Of a DNA stretch of 64,000 nucleotides, positions 18,958 to 28,528 are shown piece after piece. The stretch lies in contig CAVVOP010000022.1 of NCBI GenBank assembly GCA_963749915.1, forward strand, positions 32,001 through 96,000, read 5' to 3'. The notes under the pieces are model-generated. The model searched no databases. It was not told the DNA's origin and saw nothing but the letters and a program-made list of their open reading frames with translations. Source of the DNA: an uncultured cyanobacterium (GTDB lineage Bacteria; Cyanobacteriota; Cyanobacteriia; Cyanobacteriales; Cyanobacteriaceae). Numbering within the stretch: position 1 is the first letter of the stretch; the number at the start of each line of letters is the position of its first letter. The translations under genes were made by a program, and so were the position numbers.

Positions 18958-19991
18958 ACGCGATGTGCAACTAAAAAGTAAAAACTAACGAGATTTTAAT
19001 TTTAAAATAAAATTAATCAATAAGTTCATTTTTTTGGCGATTGCAAAGCGACAGGGCGAAGTGGCGTACAAAGCACGATCACGAAGTGGCGATCGCGCGA
19101 TCGCTAAAAGCGTCTTGGTGAAAGCAAGATAAAGCAGTGGTTCATCGAATGTTTGGCCATCGCCGGACAATAATTAAAGTATAGCCAGTATGAAATTTAT
19201 GTTGACAATAGAAGATTTTATTATTTACGTTTTTTGCTGTATTGATACAGACAAAGGAATTTGGGAATATTTCCGTTGCCACTGGCAAGAATTGTTTCCC
19301 AAAATACCTAGTCGTAGTACTTTTGTTAGGCAAGCGGCGAATTTATGGCAATACAAACAGGTTTTACAAAAAAAGTTAGCTGGCCAAATGAATGGTTTTC
19401 AAGATCATCTTCATATAATTGATGGTATTCCCATTCCGTTGTGTTGTTTTAGTAGAGCTCCAAGATGTCGTAGTTTTGTGGGTGAAGCCAATTATGGCTA
19501 TTGTGCTGCTAAAAAGGAGACCTATTATGGTTTTCATGGACATTTAATTATTAGTGGTCAGGGAATCATCACAGGTCTAACTTTGACTCCAGCTAATGGT
19601 GATGAACGTGAGGCATTATGGGATTTAGTCAAAGGAATAAAAGGTTTACTCATTGGTGATAAAGGGTATATAAGTGAGCAATTAGGGGAAGAACTTATTC
19701 GTAATGGCATTGAATTGGAAACAGCATTGCGGAACAATATGAAAGATACTCGTCCTAAGTCGTGGGTAAAAATGTTGATGAAAGTACGTCGTTTAATAGA
19801 GACAGTAATTGGACAATTAGTTGAGCGATTTAATCTGGAAAAAATTTGGGCAAGGGATATGTGGCATTTAACAAGTAGAATAAACCGCAAACTTTTAGCA
19901 CATACTGTTTGTTGCTGGCTCAATCGTGAGAATGAAAATATCTTACAGTTTGAAACTTTAGTGTCAGCTTAATTTTAGTTGCACATCGCGT
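18958..19991 (+). mobile_element. IS982-family insertion sequence, copy 2 (direct orientation)
   Basis: Same TIRs and length as copy 1. The only difference I spotted is G15100 vs A19795, which is synonymous. Confidence 0.92.
19190..19972 (+). CDS. IS982-family DDE transposase (protein identical to copy 1)
   Basis: Identical 260 aa translation in the ORF track. Confidence 0.88.
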   Translation: MKFMLTIEDFIIYVFCCIDTDKGIWEYFRCHWQELFPKIPSRSTFVRQAANLWQYKQVLQKKLAGQMNGFQDHLHIIDGIPIPLCCFSRAPRCRSFVGEANYGYCAAKKETYYGFHGHLIISGQGIITGLTLTPANGDEREALWDLVKGIKGLLIGDKGYISEQLGEELIRNGIELETALRNNMKDTRPKSWVKMLMKVRRLIETVIGQLVERFNLEKIWARDMWHLTSRINRKLLAHTVCCWLNRENENILQFETLVSA

Positions 19992-20050
19992 TAATTAAGT
20001 AGCCCAAGGGTTGCTTGTCTCTAAATTCATCTGATTTTATGGAGGAATAT

Positions 20051-20512
20051 ATGTTTAGTTTACGTGTTAAATTTTTAACCACGGCATCAAAACTCCAGGT
20101 TTTAGATTATACATCCCCAGATTTAAATGAGGATATTTTGTTGGAAGTCGCTGAGGAATACTTTCCGAAGCGTGTTAAGTTAGCCTTGGAGAAACGCTCG
20201 GATTTAAACGATTTTGCGACTTTATGGGAAATTCTCGGCATTCATGGAGTAATTGCCTTAGAAAATCAAGAAGGTGAAACAATCCGTATCGGGGTTTGCC
20301 TCTGTGACAGTGAAGGAAAGGCCCAAAATCTTCTTTATCATTTAAAAGGAAAACAATATACCCTTATGGGAAACTCCTTAAATATTCAACAATATTGGGT
20401 TTTTGTGGTTAAAAGCAAAAATTTTCCCCAAGAGGAAGAATGGATTGATATTCTTTACCGTGAAATTGACGAATCTTCCACCAATTCCGGTTGTCGTCTA
20501 ATTCTGTTGTAA
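20051..20512 (+). CDS. Hypothetical protein
   Basis: Open frame with GGAGG before ATG at 20051; no recognised motif. Confidence 0.6.
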   Translation: MFSLRVKFLTTASKLQVLDYTSPDLNEDILLEVAEEYFPKRVKLALEKRSDLNDFATLWEILGIHGVIALENQEGETIRIGVCLCDSEGKAQNLLYHLKGKQYTLMGNSLNIQQYWVFVVKSKNFPQEEEWIDILYREIDESSTNSGCRLILL

Positions 20513-20699
20513 AGTGAATATAGTGAAGTCAGTCTTCATCATAAAATGATCACCAATTGATAATCTCAACCTAACATTTAGATGAAAAATTTCTTAATTC
20601 GGGAGAAAAAATTTTTGTTCTATTTAAAAAAGATTCGGTTAAGATTACCTAAACAGTATTAGTATTATCCCATTCTATGGGCATGAGGAGTAAATATCA

Positions 20700-21512
20700 A
20701 TGAATTTGAAGAAAGATGCCTTAAAGACTCTTAAGGAAACCAGTAGAACTTTTTATATCCCCATTAGTCGTTTACCCAATGGGTTACAAGAAGCTGTGAC
20801 ATCTGCTTACTTATGTATGAGGGCTATAGATGAAATTGAAGACCATCCTCAGATCGAGAATCAAACTAAAGCAAAAATTTTGAGAGATATTAGTTTAGCG
20901 TTACAGGCAGGACATCAAAATATTACTCACGAAGAAATGACAGAAGTTATAAAATCCTATCAACACATAATACCTGAAGTTAGTTATCGTTTTGGAGAAT
21001 GGGCTTTATTAGCACCTCCGACTATTGCTGGGAGAATTTGGGATGCCACAGCGGCAATGGCTGATAGAATGGCATACTGGTCAGAAAATAATTGGACAAT
21101 TAAAACTCAATCTCATTTAGATCAATATACCTTTAGTGTAGCTGGTTCGGTAGGCTTACTCTTGTCTGATTTGTGGGGATGGTACGATAACACTCAAACT
21201 AATCGAGAAGAAGCCATTGGTTTTGGTAGAGGTTTACAAGCGATAAATATTCTCCGTAATCATCAAGAAGATAAACTCAGAGGTGTTAGTTTTTTCCCCC
21301 AAGGGTGGCAATTAGAAGATATGCATCATTACGCCCGTTATAATCTTCGTTTAGCCGACTCTTATACAAAATCTTTACCAAAAGGTCCGGCTTTGCAATT
21401 TTGTCAAATACCTTTAACCCTTGCTCATGCGACTTTAGAAGTGCTAATTTTAGGTAAACCAAAACTTACCCGTAATGACGTAATGACTTTGGTCTCTCAA
21501 GTTTGCAGTTAG
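20700..21512 (+). CDS. Squalene/phytoene synthase family protein (probably squalene synthase)
   Basis: TSRTF, YLCMRAIDEIED, YTFSVAGSVG, GLQAINILR. Confidence 0.85.
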   Translation: MNLKKDALKTLKETSRTFYIPISRLPNGLQEAVTSAYLCMRAIDEIEDHPQIENQTKAKILRDISLALQAGHQNITHEEMTEVIKSYQHIIPEVSYRFGEWALLAPPTIAGRIWDATAAMADRMAYWSENNWTIKTQSHLDQYTFSVAGSVGLLLSDLWGWYDNTQTNREEAIGFGRGLQAINILRNHQEDKLRGVSFFPQGWQLEDMHHYARYNLRLADSYTKSLPKGPALQFCQIPLTLAHATLEVLILGKPKLTRNDVMTLVSQVCS

Positions 21513-21660
21513 GTATTTATCAACACTTCTTTCAGAAGTCACCGAATATGGCATCAACCTTCTATTCTTAAACACAAATCACGGGAATTTAACCTAGACA
21601 CGGTTTGGAAGGTTATGAAAATTTCTGGTGGGAAGGCAGGAGGCAGCGGTGCGGGAGCTC

Positions 21661-21883
21661 ACAAGTGTAGGTTTTTTACAATAGCATTCTGGTGGAGGTG
21701 AGACAAGGTGGACAAGGGTGGAAAGTGGACAAGGAAGAGGGGAATTATTCAAGAAGTACTTTGTTACAAGTAATACGATAATTGCTAAAAAGATCATTTT
21801 CCGTTTGTATTATCTTTTTTGTCTGCTGTCCTTCGTTCCTTCCTTGTCTTGTCTCAACCCAAATGTTAAAAACCTACCCTTGT
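21661..21883. mobile_element. MITE-like element, 223 bp, with long imperfect inverted arms
   Basis: Left ACAAGTGTAGGTTTTTTACA...TGAGACAAG versus reverse complement of the right end ACAAGGGTAGGTTTTTAACA...TGAGACAAG. Lies between convergent genes. Confidence 0.7.
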
Positions 21884-21929
21884 CAGGCAGTGCCCGCGTC
21901 GGCGAAAGACGCACTTGGTATAGGGTTGA

Positions 21930-23357
21930 TTATGCAGATAATAAAGCCTCGACAAATTCATAGCTAGAAAAAGGGCGTAAATCCTCAATGCCCTCTCCCG
22001 CACCAATAAAGCGAATTGGTAAATTTAATTGCTGAGATATGGCAAGGGCGACACCACCTTTAGCTGTACCGTCTAATTTCGTTAAGACTACTCCTGTTAA
22101 TTGAGCCGCTTCCGAAAATACCTGAGCTTGTCTGAGTCCATTTTGTCCTAAAGTGGCGTCTAGGACTAATAATGACTCAATATGAGCATTTTCCGCTTTT
22201 TTATCGATGATTCGCCGAATTTTGGCTAATTCTTCCATCAAGTTCTTTTTATTTTGTAACCTTCCCGCAGTATCTATTAATAATAAATTAGCATCTCGTG
22301 CCATCGCGGCACTAATACCGTCAAAAACCACGGCGGCAGGATCGGTATTTTGTCCTTGATTGGCTATGACAGGGGTATTGGTTCTTTCTCCCCAAACCTT
22401 AACTTGTTCAACGGCAGCAGCCCTAAAAGTATCAGCGGCGGCGATGATGCATTTATAACCGGATGTTTGCGCTAAATGGGCCAATTTTCCGATAGTGGTA
22501 GTTTTTCCCGCACCGTTAACCCCTGTTAATAACCAAATATTGAGTTTTCCCTCTTCAGGCTCAAATCCAGTCTTGGTAAGTTTTTTTAAGGGTTCATCCA
22601 ATACATCTTGTAATATTGTTTTTAAATAGGCGATCGCTTCTTCGGGGGGGAGGGCTTCTTCTTTGAGTTTATTCTGTAAAGTATTAATAATATAGTCTGT
22701 TGCTTCAATACCTACATCTGCGCTCAATAAAAGGGCTTCAATTTCCATTACAGCCTCTTGATTGAGAGGTCCTTGTCCAACAACGGATTTCAGTTGATTA
22801 ATTAAATTACGGCGAGTTTTACCCAAACCTTGACGTAATTTTTTTAGCCAAATAAACTCATCTTCGGATACATCATCAGGTAATCGTCCTTGAGAAGCTA
22901 AAACCTGTGCAGACCAAATGAAATCTTCGTCTAACTCTTTCTCAGGTTCAATGGCGTTTTCTTTCAATACCTCAAGGCGATCTGATTTTTGCAACCAAAC
23001 GGGGATATTTTCTTCTCTCGTTTCCATTTCTGAGGTAGTTTCCCTTACCGTGACGTCTTCAGATTTAACCACCGTTTCCGATTCAGTGTTAGGGGTTTCC
23101 ATGTCTTCCACCATCACAGTTTTCGGAGAAGATTCAGGGATAATTTCAGCCTCAGTAGTAGGGTTTTCCGTCGTAACCTGTTGTTGTTGCTTTTGTTTTT
23201 GGATATTGGCAAAAGCCGCCTTTGCCCATTCTAAAGAGGCTTGATCTGTGGTGACCGTAACTTCCTCTGTCTTTTCGGCTTCTACCGTTGAAGAATTTTC
23301 CACTAGAGGAGGGGTGACTGGATTATTTTCTTTATTACGACGAAACCAATTAAACAT
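21930..23357 (-). CDS. ftsY: Signal recognition particle receptor FtsY
   Basis: Acidic N-domain, GVNGAGKTTT, DTFRAAA, DTAGR, TKLDGTAKGG. Confidence 0.97.
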   Translation of the reverse strand: MFNWFRRNKENNPVTPPLVENSSTVEAEKTEEVTVTTDQASLEWAKAAFANIQKQKQQQQVTTENPTTEAEIIPESSPKTVMVEDMETPNTESETVVKSEDVTVRETTSEMETREENIPVWLQKSDRLEVLKENAIEPEKELDEDFIWSAQVLASQGRLPDDVSEDEFIWLKKLRQGLGKTRRNLINQLKSVVGQGPLNQEAVMEIEALLLSADVGIEATDYIINTLQNKLKEEALPPEEAIAYLKTILQDVLDEPLKKLTKTGFEPEEGKLNIWLLTGVNGAGKTTTIGKLAHLAQTSGYKCIIAAADTFRAAAVEQVKVWGERTNTPVIANQGQNTDPAAVVFDGISAAMARDANLLLIDTAGRLQNKKNLMEELAKIRRIIDKKAENAHIESLLVLDATLGQNGLRQAQVFSEAAQLTGVVLTKLDGTAKGGVALAISQQLNLPIRFIGAGEGIEDLRPFSSYEFVEALLSA

Positions 23358-23585
23358 AAAAGATTATAATTAATGTGCAATGAATATCTATTACTTTATC
23401 CTAAATTTGTTTTTATTTGATAATTTTTGATGACAGATAATATTATCTCAAAAAATAAACTATCCAACCCTAATCTCTTTCGCGTAAGTTCTGAACTTGT
23501 TAATAACTTTTATGGGTTGTTGTAATATTTTAAAAACATTTTATCCATCTACTTCACAAGTAAAAATTCGATCTATCAACAAAGG

Positions 23586-25061
23586 TTATTTATAAGCACA
23601 AATGATCGAATCATTAGGGTTGAATTTAACTACAATTAAAGTTATATCATCAGTATTATTATGACCCACCCCAACGAATTCCTTAATTTCTTGTAGAATA
23701 TAGTTAAGAATTTCCTCCGGGGTCAGGCGATTTTGACAAGCATAATCAAAACAAATAAGTAAATTATCCTCATCAAATCGTTGATTATTTTGATTCATGG
23801 CATCAGTTAAACCATCGGTATAATAGAGAATAACATCATTTAATTCTAGTTGAATAACATCCTCTTTATATTGAGAATCAGACTGTAAACCAATTAACAT
23901 CCCCTCTGTATCTAATCGGATAATTTTCTTCATTTTTTCCCTCCATAATAAGGGGGGATTATGTGCGGCATTGGCAAAGCGTAAAAGATGAGTTTGAGGG
24001 TCGTATTCGGAGTAAAATAATGTTACAAAACGATGAGAATTATCTAAATCCGCATACATTACCCGATTAAGATGCTCTAATACCTTGGCCGGAGAATGAC
24101 GGTTTAACACTTCTGCTCGTAACATCCCTCTTGTCATGGTCATAATTAACCCTGCGGGTACACCTTTACCCATTACATCCCCGATCACGATGATCCAGGG
24201 CTCACAGGGAGCGTTAGGTATTTGTGCCGTACCTTCATCCCATTGATCATAATTCACGGGAATAAAGTCATAATAATCACCACCAACACGATTTGCCGTT
24301 TCACATTTAGCGGCTACCTCTAAGCCTTTTATGGTGGGGCATTTTCGAGGTAATAATCTCAATTGGATTTCTGAGGCAATTTCTAATTCTCGATCTTGAC
24401 GTTCTTTTGATCTCAATTCTACTGTCAATTCATGATTTGAGATCGCTACGGCTGTTTGATCTGCTACTAATTGAGCTAATTTTTTACGGGTTTGTGTCCA
24501 TAAATATTGAGAATCTTGACTGAAAATATATAACCTTCCTTTTTCAATATTTTTTATCAAAATAGGAGTACTAAAAACCTTTAAAAATGGTGCAAGCTTA
24601 TCATTAAATTTATTTTCTACAAAACTGGAAAAACACTCAACATTTGAAAATTTATCTGATTTTTTTTTAATATTTTTATGATGGCTATTAATATCTGCAA
24701 TTATCTCTTGGAAAGAATCATTAATTTGATCTCGAAATTGATTATTTTGACAATAAATTTGCTCTAAACTAACTTTATGATTATCGTGATAAAGTATTAA
24801 CGCACTACCTTCTGCATCAGTGACTCTAGCCGCCATTAGGGGGGTTAACTCTAAAAACTGATTCAAATTATTAAAACTACGTAAGGCGAAACTTAGAGAG
24901 CTTAGTAAATTTTGAATTTTATTCTGTTCTCTTTGTAAACTAGCTACTAATTCTTTTAACGCCAAAACAGGGCTATATTTGTCCGATTGATAATTAGGTG
25001 ACACAGTTTCAGAATTAAGAGAATTAGGATTAAAAAGAGAATTAGGATTAAAAATAGACAC
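23586..25061 (-). CDS. GAF plus PP2C/SpoIIE (RsbU-like) protein phosphatase
   Basis: VGGDYYD, IGDVMGKG, YTDGLTD, DDIT. Confidence 0.9.
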   Translation of the reverse strand: MSIFNPNSLFNPNSLNSETVSPNYQSDKYSPVLALKELVASLQREQNKIQNLLSSLSFALRSFNNLNQFLELTPLMAARVTDAEGSALILYHDNHKVSLEQIYCQNNQFRDQINDSFQEIIADINSHHKNIKKKSDKFSNVECFSSFVENKFNDKLAPFLKVFSTPILIKNIEKGRLYIFSQDSQYLWTQTRKKLAQLVADQTAVAISNHELTVELRSKERQDRELEIASEIQLRLLPRKCPTIKGLEVAAKCETANRVGGDYYDFIPVNYDQWDEGTAQIPNAPCEPWIIVIGDVMGKGVPAGLIMTMTRGMLRAEVLNRHSPAKVLEHLNRVMYADLDNSHRFVTLFYSEYDPQTHLLRFANAAHNPPLLWREKMKKIIRLDTEGMLIGLQSDSQYKEDVIQLELNDVILYYTDGLTDAMNQNNQRFDEDNLLICFDYACQNRLTPEEILNYILQEIKEFVGVGHNNTDDITLIVVKFNPNDSIICAYK

Positions 25062-25233
25062 AGAAATATTTTAATAACTTCTAAAAAGGGTAAGTATAGA
25101 TTGACTAAATATAAGGGTCAACTCAATCAATGATGAGGAAAGTATATCAACTATTAATCAAATGTCAAGTTTTATGACAATGAATGATGAACAATGCGCA
25201 ATTAAATCAGCAATTAACAATTAATTAATAGAC

Positions 25234-25263
25234 TTGAATCGGGAATTAGTAATATAGTATAAT
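25234..25263 (+). promoter_or_regulatory. Candidate sigma70-type promoter for the prk gene
   Basis: TTGAAT-N18-TATAAT about 100 bp upstream of the ATG; AGGA at 25349-25352. Confidence 0.4.
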
Positions 25264-25361
25264 GTTTCGAGAAAAAGTTGGGTTCTTCTACAGTAGTTAT
25301 ACTGCGAACGGGTTAAAACTGGACTTTTTGCGATTTTATTCAACTATTAGGATTGACTCCC

Positions 25362-26273
25362 ATGTCCCAAAAACATCCCATTATAGCAGTGACGGGTTCT
25401 TCCGGGGCTGGTACTAGCACCGTTAAACGCTCTTTTGAGCATATCTTTATGCGTGAAGGGATCAAGTCCGTCGTCGTCGAAGGTGACAGCTATCATAAAT
25501 ATAATCGCGTTGAAATGCGCCAAGTCATGAGTAAGGCGACGGCAGATGGTAGAAATATGAGCCACTTTGGGCCAGAAGCGAATGTGTTGGACAAGCTCGA
25601 AGCCCTGTTCAAGGAATACGGAGAATCGGGTAGCGGCAAAAAGCGTTATTACCTACACAGCACTGAAGAAGCAGAACACCATAATGCTCGACTCGGAAAA
25701 AATTGTAAGTCCGGAGAGTTTACCCCCTGGGAAGACATCGAAACCTCAACGGATATGCTTTTCTATGAAGGTCTGCACGGCGGTATCGTTGCCGATGGAA
25801 TTAATGTTGCCCAGTACGTTGATCTCTTAGTCGGTGTAGTTCCCATTGTGAATTTGGAGTGGATTCAAAAAATTTATCGGGATAATGCTGAACGGGGCTA
25901 CAGTGCTGAAGCAACGGTGGATACTATTCTGCGTCGGATGCCAGACTATGTTAATTACATTGCCCCCCAGTTCTCCCGTACCCATATCAACTTCCAGCGC
26001 GTACCGACCGTTGATACCTCCAATCCCTTTATCTGTCGGGATATTCCTCTACTAGATGAAAGCTTTGTAATTATTCATACCAATCGTTGTTTCCGGGAAA
26101 AATATGAAATTGATTTTCCCTATCTCCTGAGCATGATCCATAACTCATTTATGTCCCGTCATACTACTCTAGTGGTGCCTGGTGGCAAGATGGGTTTCGC
26201 AATGGAAATCATTCTATCGCCCCTGATCGACTTAATGCTAAGTAATTCCAAAAAGCTAAAAAAATCAAAATAA
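25362..26273 (+). CDS. prk: Phosphoribulokinase, proteobacterial type (class I, CbbP/PrkB-like)
   Basis: KHPIIAVTGSSGAGT, SHFGPEAN, LFYEGLHG, VNLEWIQK, INFQRVPTVDTSNPF. Confidence 0.9.
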   Translation: MSQKHPIIAVTGSSGAGTSTVKRSFEHIFMREGIKSVVVEGDSYHKYNRVEMRQVMSKATADGRNMSHFGPEANVLDKLEALFKEYGESGSGKKRYYLHSTEEAEHHNARLGKNCKSGEFTPWEDIETSTDMLFYEGLHGGIVADGINVAQYVDLLVGVVPIVNLEWIQKIYRDNAERGYSAEATVDTILRRMPDYVNYIAPQFSRTHINFQRVPTVDTSNPFICRDIPLLDESFVIIHTNRCFREKYEIDFPYLLSMIHNSFMSRHTTLVVPGGKMGFAMEIILSPLIDLMLSNSKKLKKSK

Positions 26274-26681
26274 TGGGCGTAGTGGTCTGTTAAGATAGTT
26301 TTGAGGGACTGGGAACGGATAATTTTGGATCTCTTGGTCGGCATTCCCTCTCTTGGTGGACGTTCCCTTGCGACTTCCGTCGTCGCGGGCTTCCACCGCT
26401 TGCGCCTTTCGGCGGCGCGGGGTCCGACCGCTTTTGGATTTTGGATTTTGGAGGATTGTTTTATCCCTCATTTCAAAATTTGCAGACCAGTAGTTTCATT
26501 TAGGAATTAAAAGCATAAAATCCTTTGTACTAAGATAAATGGCGATCATGGGAAGCATGGCGCTACGCGATCGCCCATCTTGATAGTTGGCTTAGGGGGA
26601 TTTTGTGCAGGTTTACGTTCTCGGAGGCTGACAATGAGCTTTAATAAGAAGTGAGAAAATGTAAGAGATTTAATTTGTCAT

Positions 26682-27176
26682 ATGGAAATATATTTAATTC
26701 GTCATGGTATTGCAGAATCGAGGAGTATAGAACAAAATGATCCTGAAAGAATTTTGACGAGTAGAGGAATTACGAAAACTCAACAAGTTGCCCAAAAATT
26801 ATCTAGTTTAGAGATACAGTTTGACGTAATTGTTAGTAGTCCTTATATTAGAGCCAAGGAAACTGCTATTATTATGCAACAAGCAAAAATAACCTCTAAA
26901 ATTATCGAACATTCGGCCTTAGTACCAGAAGGAAATATACTGGAGTGGGTAAGTTGGCTACAAAATTCTGATTATAATCAAGATAGCAATATTGCTTTAG
27001 TAGGTCATCAGCCAAATCTTGGTAATTGGGCAGAATTACTGGTTTGGGGTCAGATTCAAGGAAAATTAATCCTCAAAAAAGCCGGTATTATCGGTTTAGA
27101 GTTACTCGATTTATCCAATCCCATCGGTACAAGTGAGTTATTTTTATTGGCGAGTCCTAAATGGATTACTAATTAG
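26682..27176 (+). CDS. sixA: Phosphohistidine phosphatase SixA
   Basis: LIRHGIA, SSPYIRAKETA, LVGHQP. Confidence 0.92.
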   Translation: MEIYLIRHGIAESRSIEQNDPERILTSRGITKTQQVAQKLSSLEIQFDVIVSSPYIRAKETAIIMQQAKITSKIIEHSALVPEGNILEWVSWLQNSDYNQDSNIALVGHQPNLGNWAELLVWGQIQGKLILKKAGIIGLELLDLSNPIGTSELFLLASPKWITN

Positions 27177-27322
27177 AGTTTTGTTTCAGAAAAACCTGAT
27201 AACAATGTCTATGCCTTGACTTTATCTTGTCAGTTAATGGTTTAGTATCTTATATGACTTTTGTTGGGTACAGAATCAATTAATTTCACTATTACTTTAA
27301 ATTTTGTTGGAGATGTACAAAT

Positions 27323-28462
27323 ATGACAGCCTGTGAATATCAACCCGGTTTGGAGGGAATCCCCGTAGCTAAATCAAGTGTTAGTTTTGTGGATGGAAAG
27401 CTGGGTATTTTAGAATATAGGGGTATTGACATTGAAGAATTAGCCCAAAAAAGTACTTTTCTGGAAACCGCCTACTTACTAATTTGGGGTAAATTACCGA
27501 CGAAGGAAGAATTGACTGCTTTTCAGGAGGATATTAACAACCATCGGCGCATTAAATATCATATTCGGGATATGATGAAGTGTTTTCCCGAAAGTGGACA
27601 CCCCATGGACGCATTACAAACTTCGGCGGCGGCGTTGGGTTTATTTTACTCTCGTCGGGCTTTAGCTAAAGAAGAATATATCCATGATGCCGTGGTTAGA
27701 CTATTAGCTAAAATCCCCACAATGGTGGCGGCCTTTGCACAAATGCGTGAGGGGAATGATCCCGTTAAGCCAAACGAACACTTGAACTACTCCGCTAATT
27801 TTCTGTATATGCTTACAGAAAAAGAACCCGAACCATTGGAAGCGAGAATATTTGATGTTTGTTTAATGCTTCATGCTGAACATACCATGAATGCTTCTAC
27901 TTTTTCCGCGATGGTGACAGCTTCTACCCTCACAGATCCTTATGCAGTAGTAGCTTCGGCAGTAGGGACTTTAGCGGGTCCTTTACATGGAGGTGCTAAT
28001 GAAGAAGTTTTGTCAATGTTAGAGGAAATTGGCAGTGTCGAAAATGTCCGCCCTTATATTGAAAAGTGCATCGAGAATAAGGAGAAAATCATGGGTTTTG
28101 GTCATCGGGTTTATAAAGTAAAAGATCCTAGGGCAAAGATATTACAACAGTTAGCCGAACGATTATTTGAATTAACAGGTCATGATGATTATTATGACAT
28201 CGCTTTAGAAGTAGAAAAAGTGGTCGCTGAGAAATTGGGTGCTAAGGGAATTTATGCTAATGTCGATTTTTATTCTGGATTGGTTTATCGCAAGTTAGGC
28301 ATCAAAACTGATTTATTTACGCCTATGTTTGCCATTTCTCGGGTAGCCGGTTGGTTAGCCCATTGGAAAGAACAATTAGTCGTCAATCGTATTTTTCGTC
28401 CAACTCAAGTATATGTGGGGGTACATAATAGAGAGTATATTCCCATAGAAGAACGATATTAA
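27323..28462 (+). CDS. gltA: Citrate synthase
   Basis: HAEHTMNAST, GPLHGGANE, GFGHRVY, NVDFYSG. Confidence 0.97.
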   Translation: MTACEYQPGLEGIPVAKSSVSFVDGKLGILEYRGIDIEELAQKSTFLETAYLLIWGKLPTKEELTAFQEDINNHRRIKYHIRDMMKCFPESGHPMDALQTSAAALGLFYSRRALAKEEYIHDAVVRLLAKIPTMVAAFAQMREGNDPVKPNEHLNYSANFLYMLTEKEPEPLEARIFDVCLMLHAEHTMNASTFSAMVTASTLTDPYAVVASAVGTLAGPLHGGANEEVLSMLEEIGSVENVRPYIEKCIENKEKIMGFGHRVYKVKDPRAKILQQLAERLFELTGHDDYYDIALEVEKVVAEKLGAKGIYANVDFYSGLVYRKLGIKTDLFTPMFAISRVAGWLAHWKEQLVVNRIFRPTQVYVGVHNREYIPIEERY

Positions 28463-28528
28463 CAATTAGCAGTTAAACAATTAACGATTAATTTACTCTT
28501 CAATTCCGGTTCTATGGATTAAAAAGTC

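Noticed and set aside
21594..21967. Three short overlapping ORFs
   Set aside because: They lie over a MITE and repeats and have low-complexity translations.
25016..25055. FNPNSL repeat (near-tandem 18 bp) at the phosphatase N-terminus
   Set aside because: Short slippage-type repeat in a variable N-terminus; no evidence of function.
26159..26510. Short ORFs, or a tRNA/ncRNA, in the GC-rich patch after prk
   Set aside because: No cloverleaf or known RNA motif recognised; better explained by nested small repeats.
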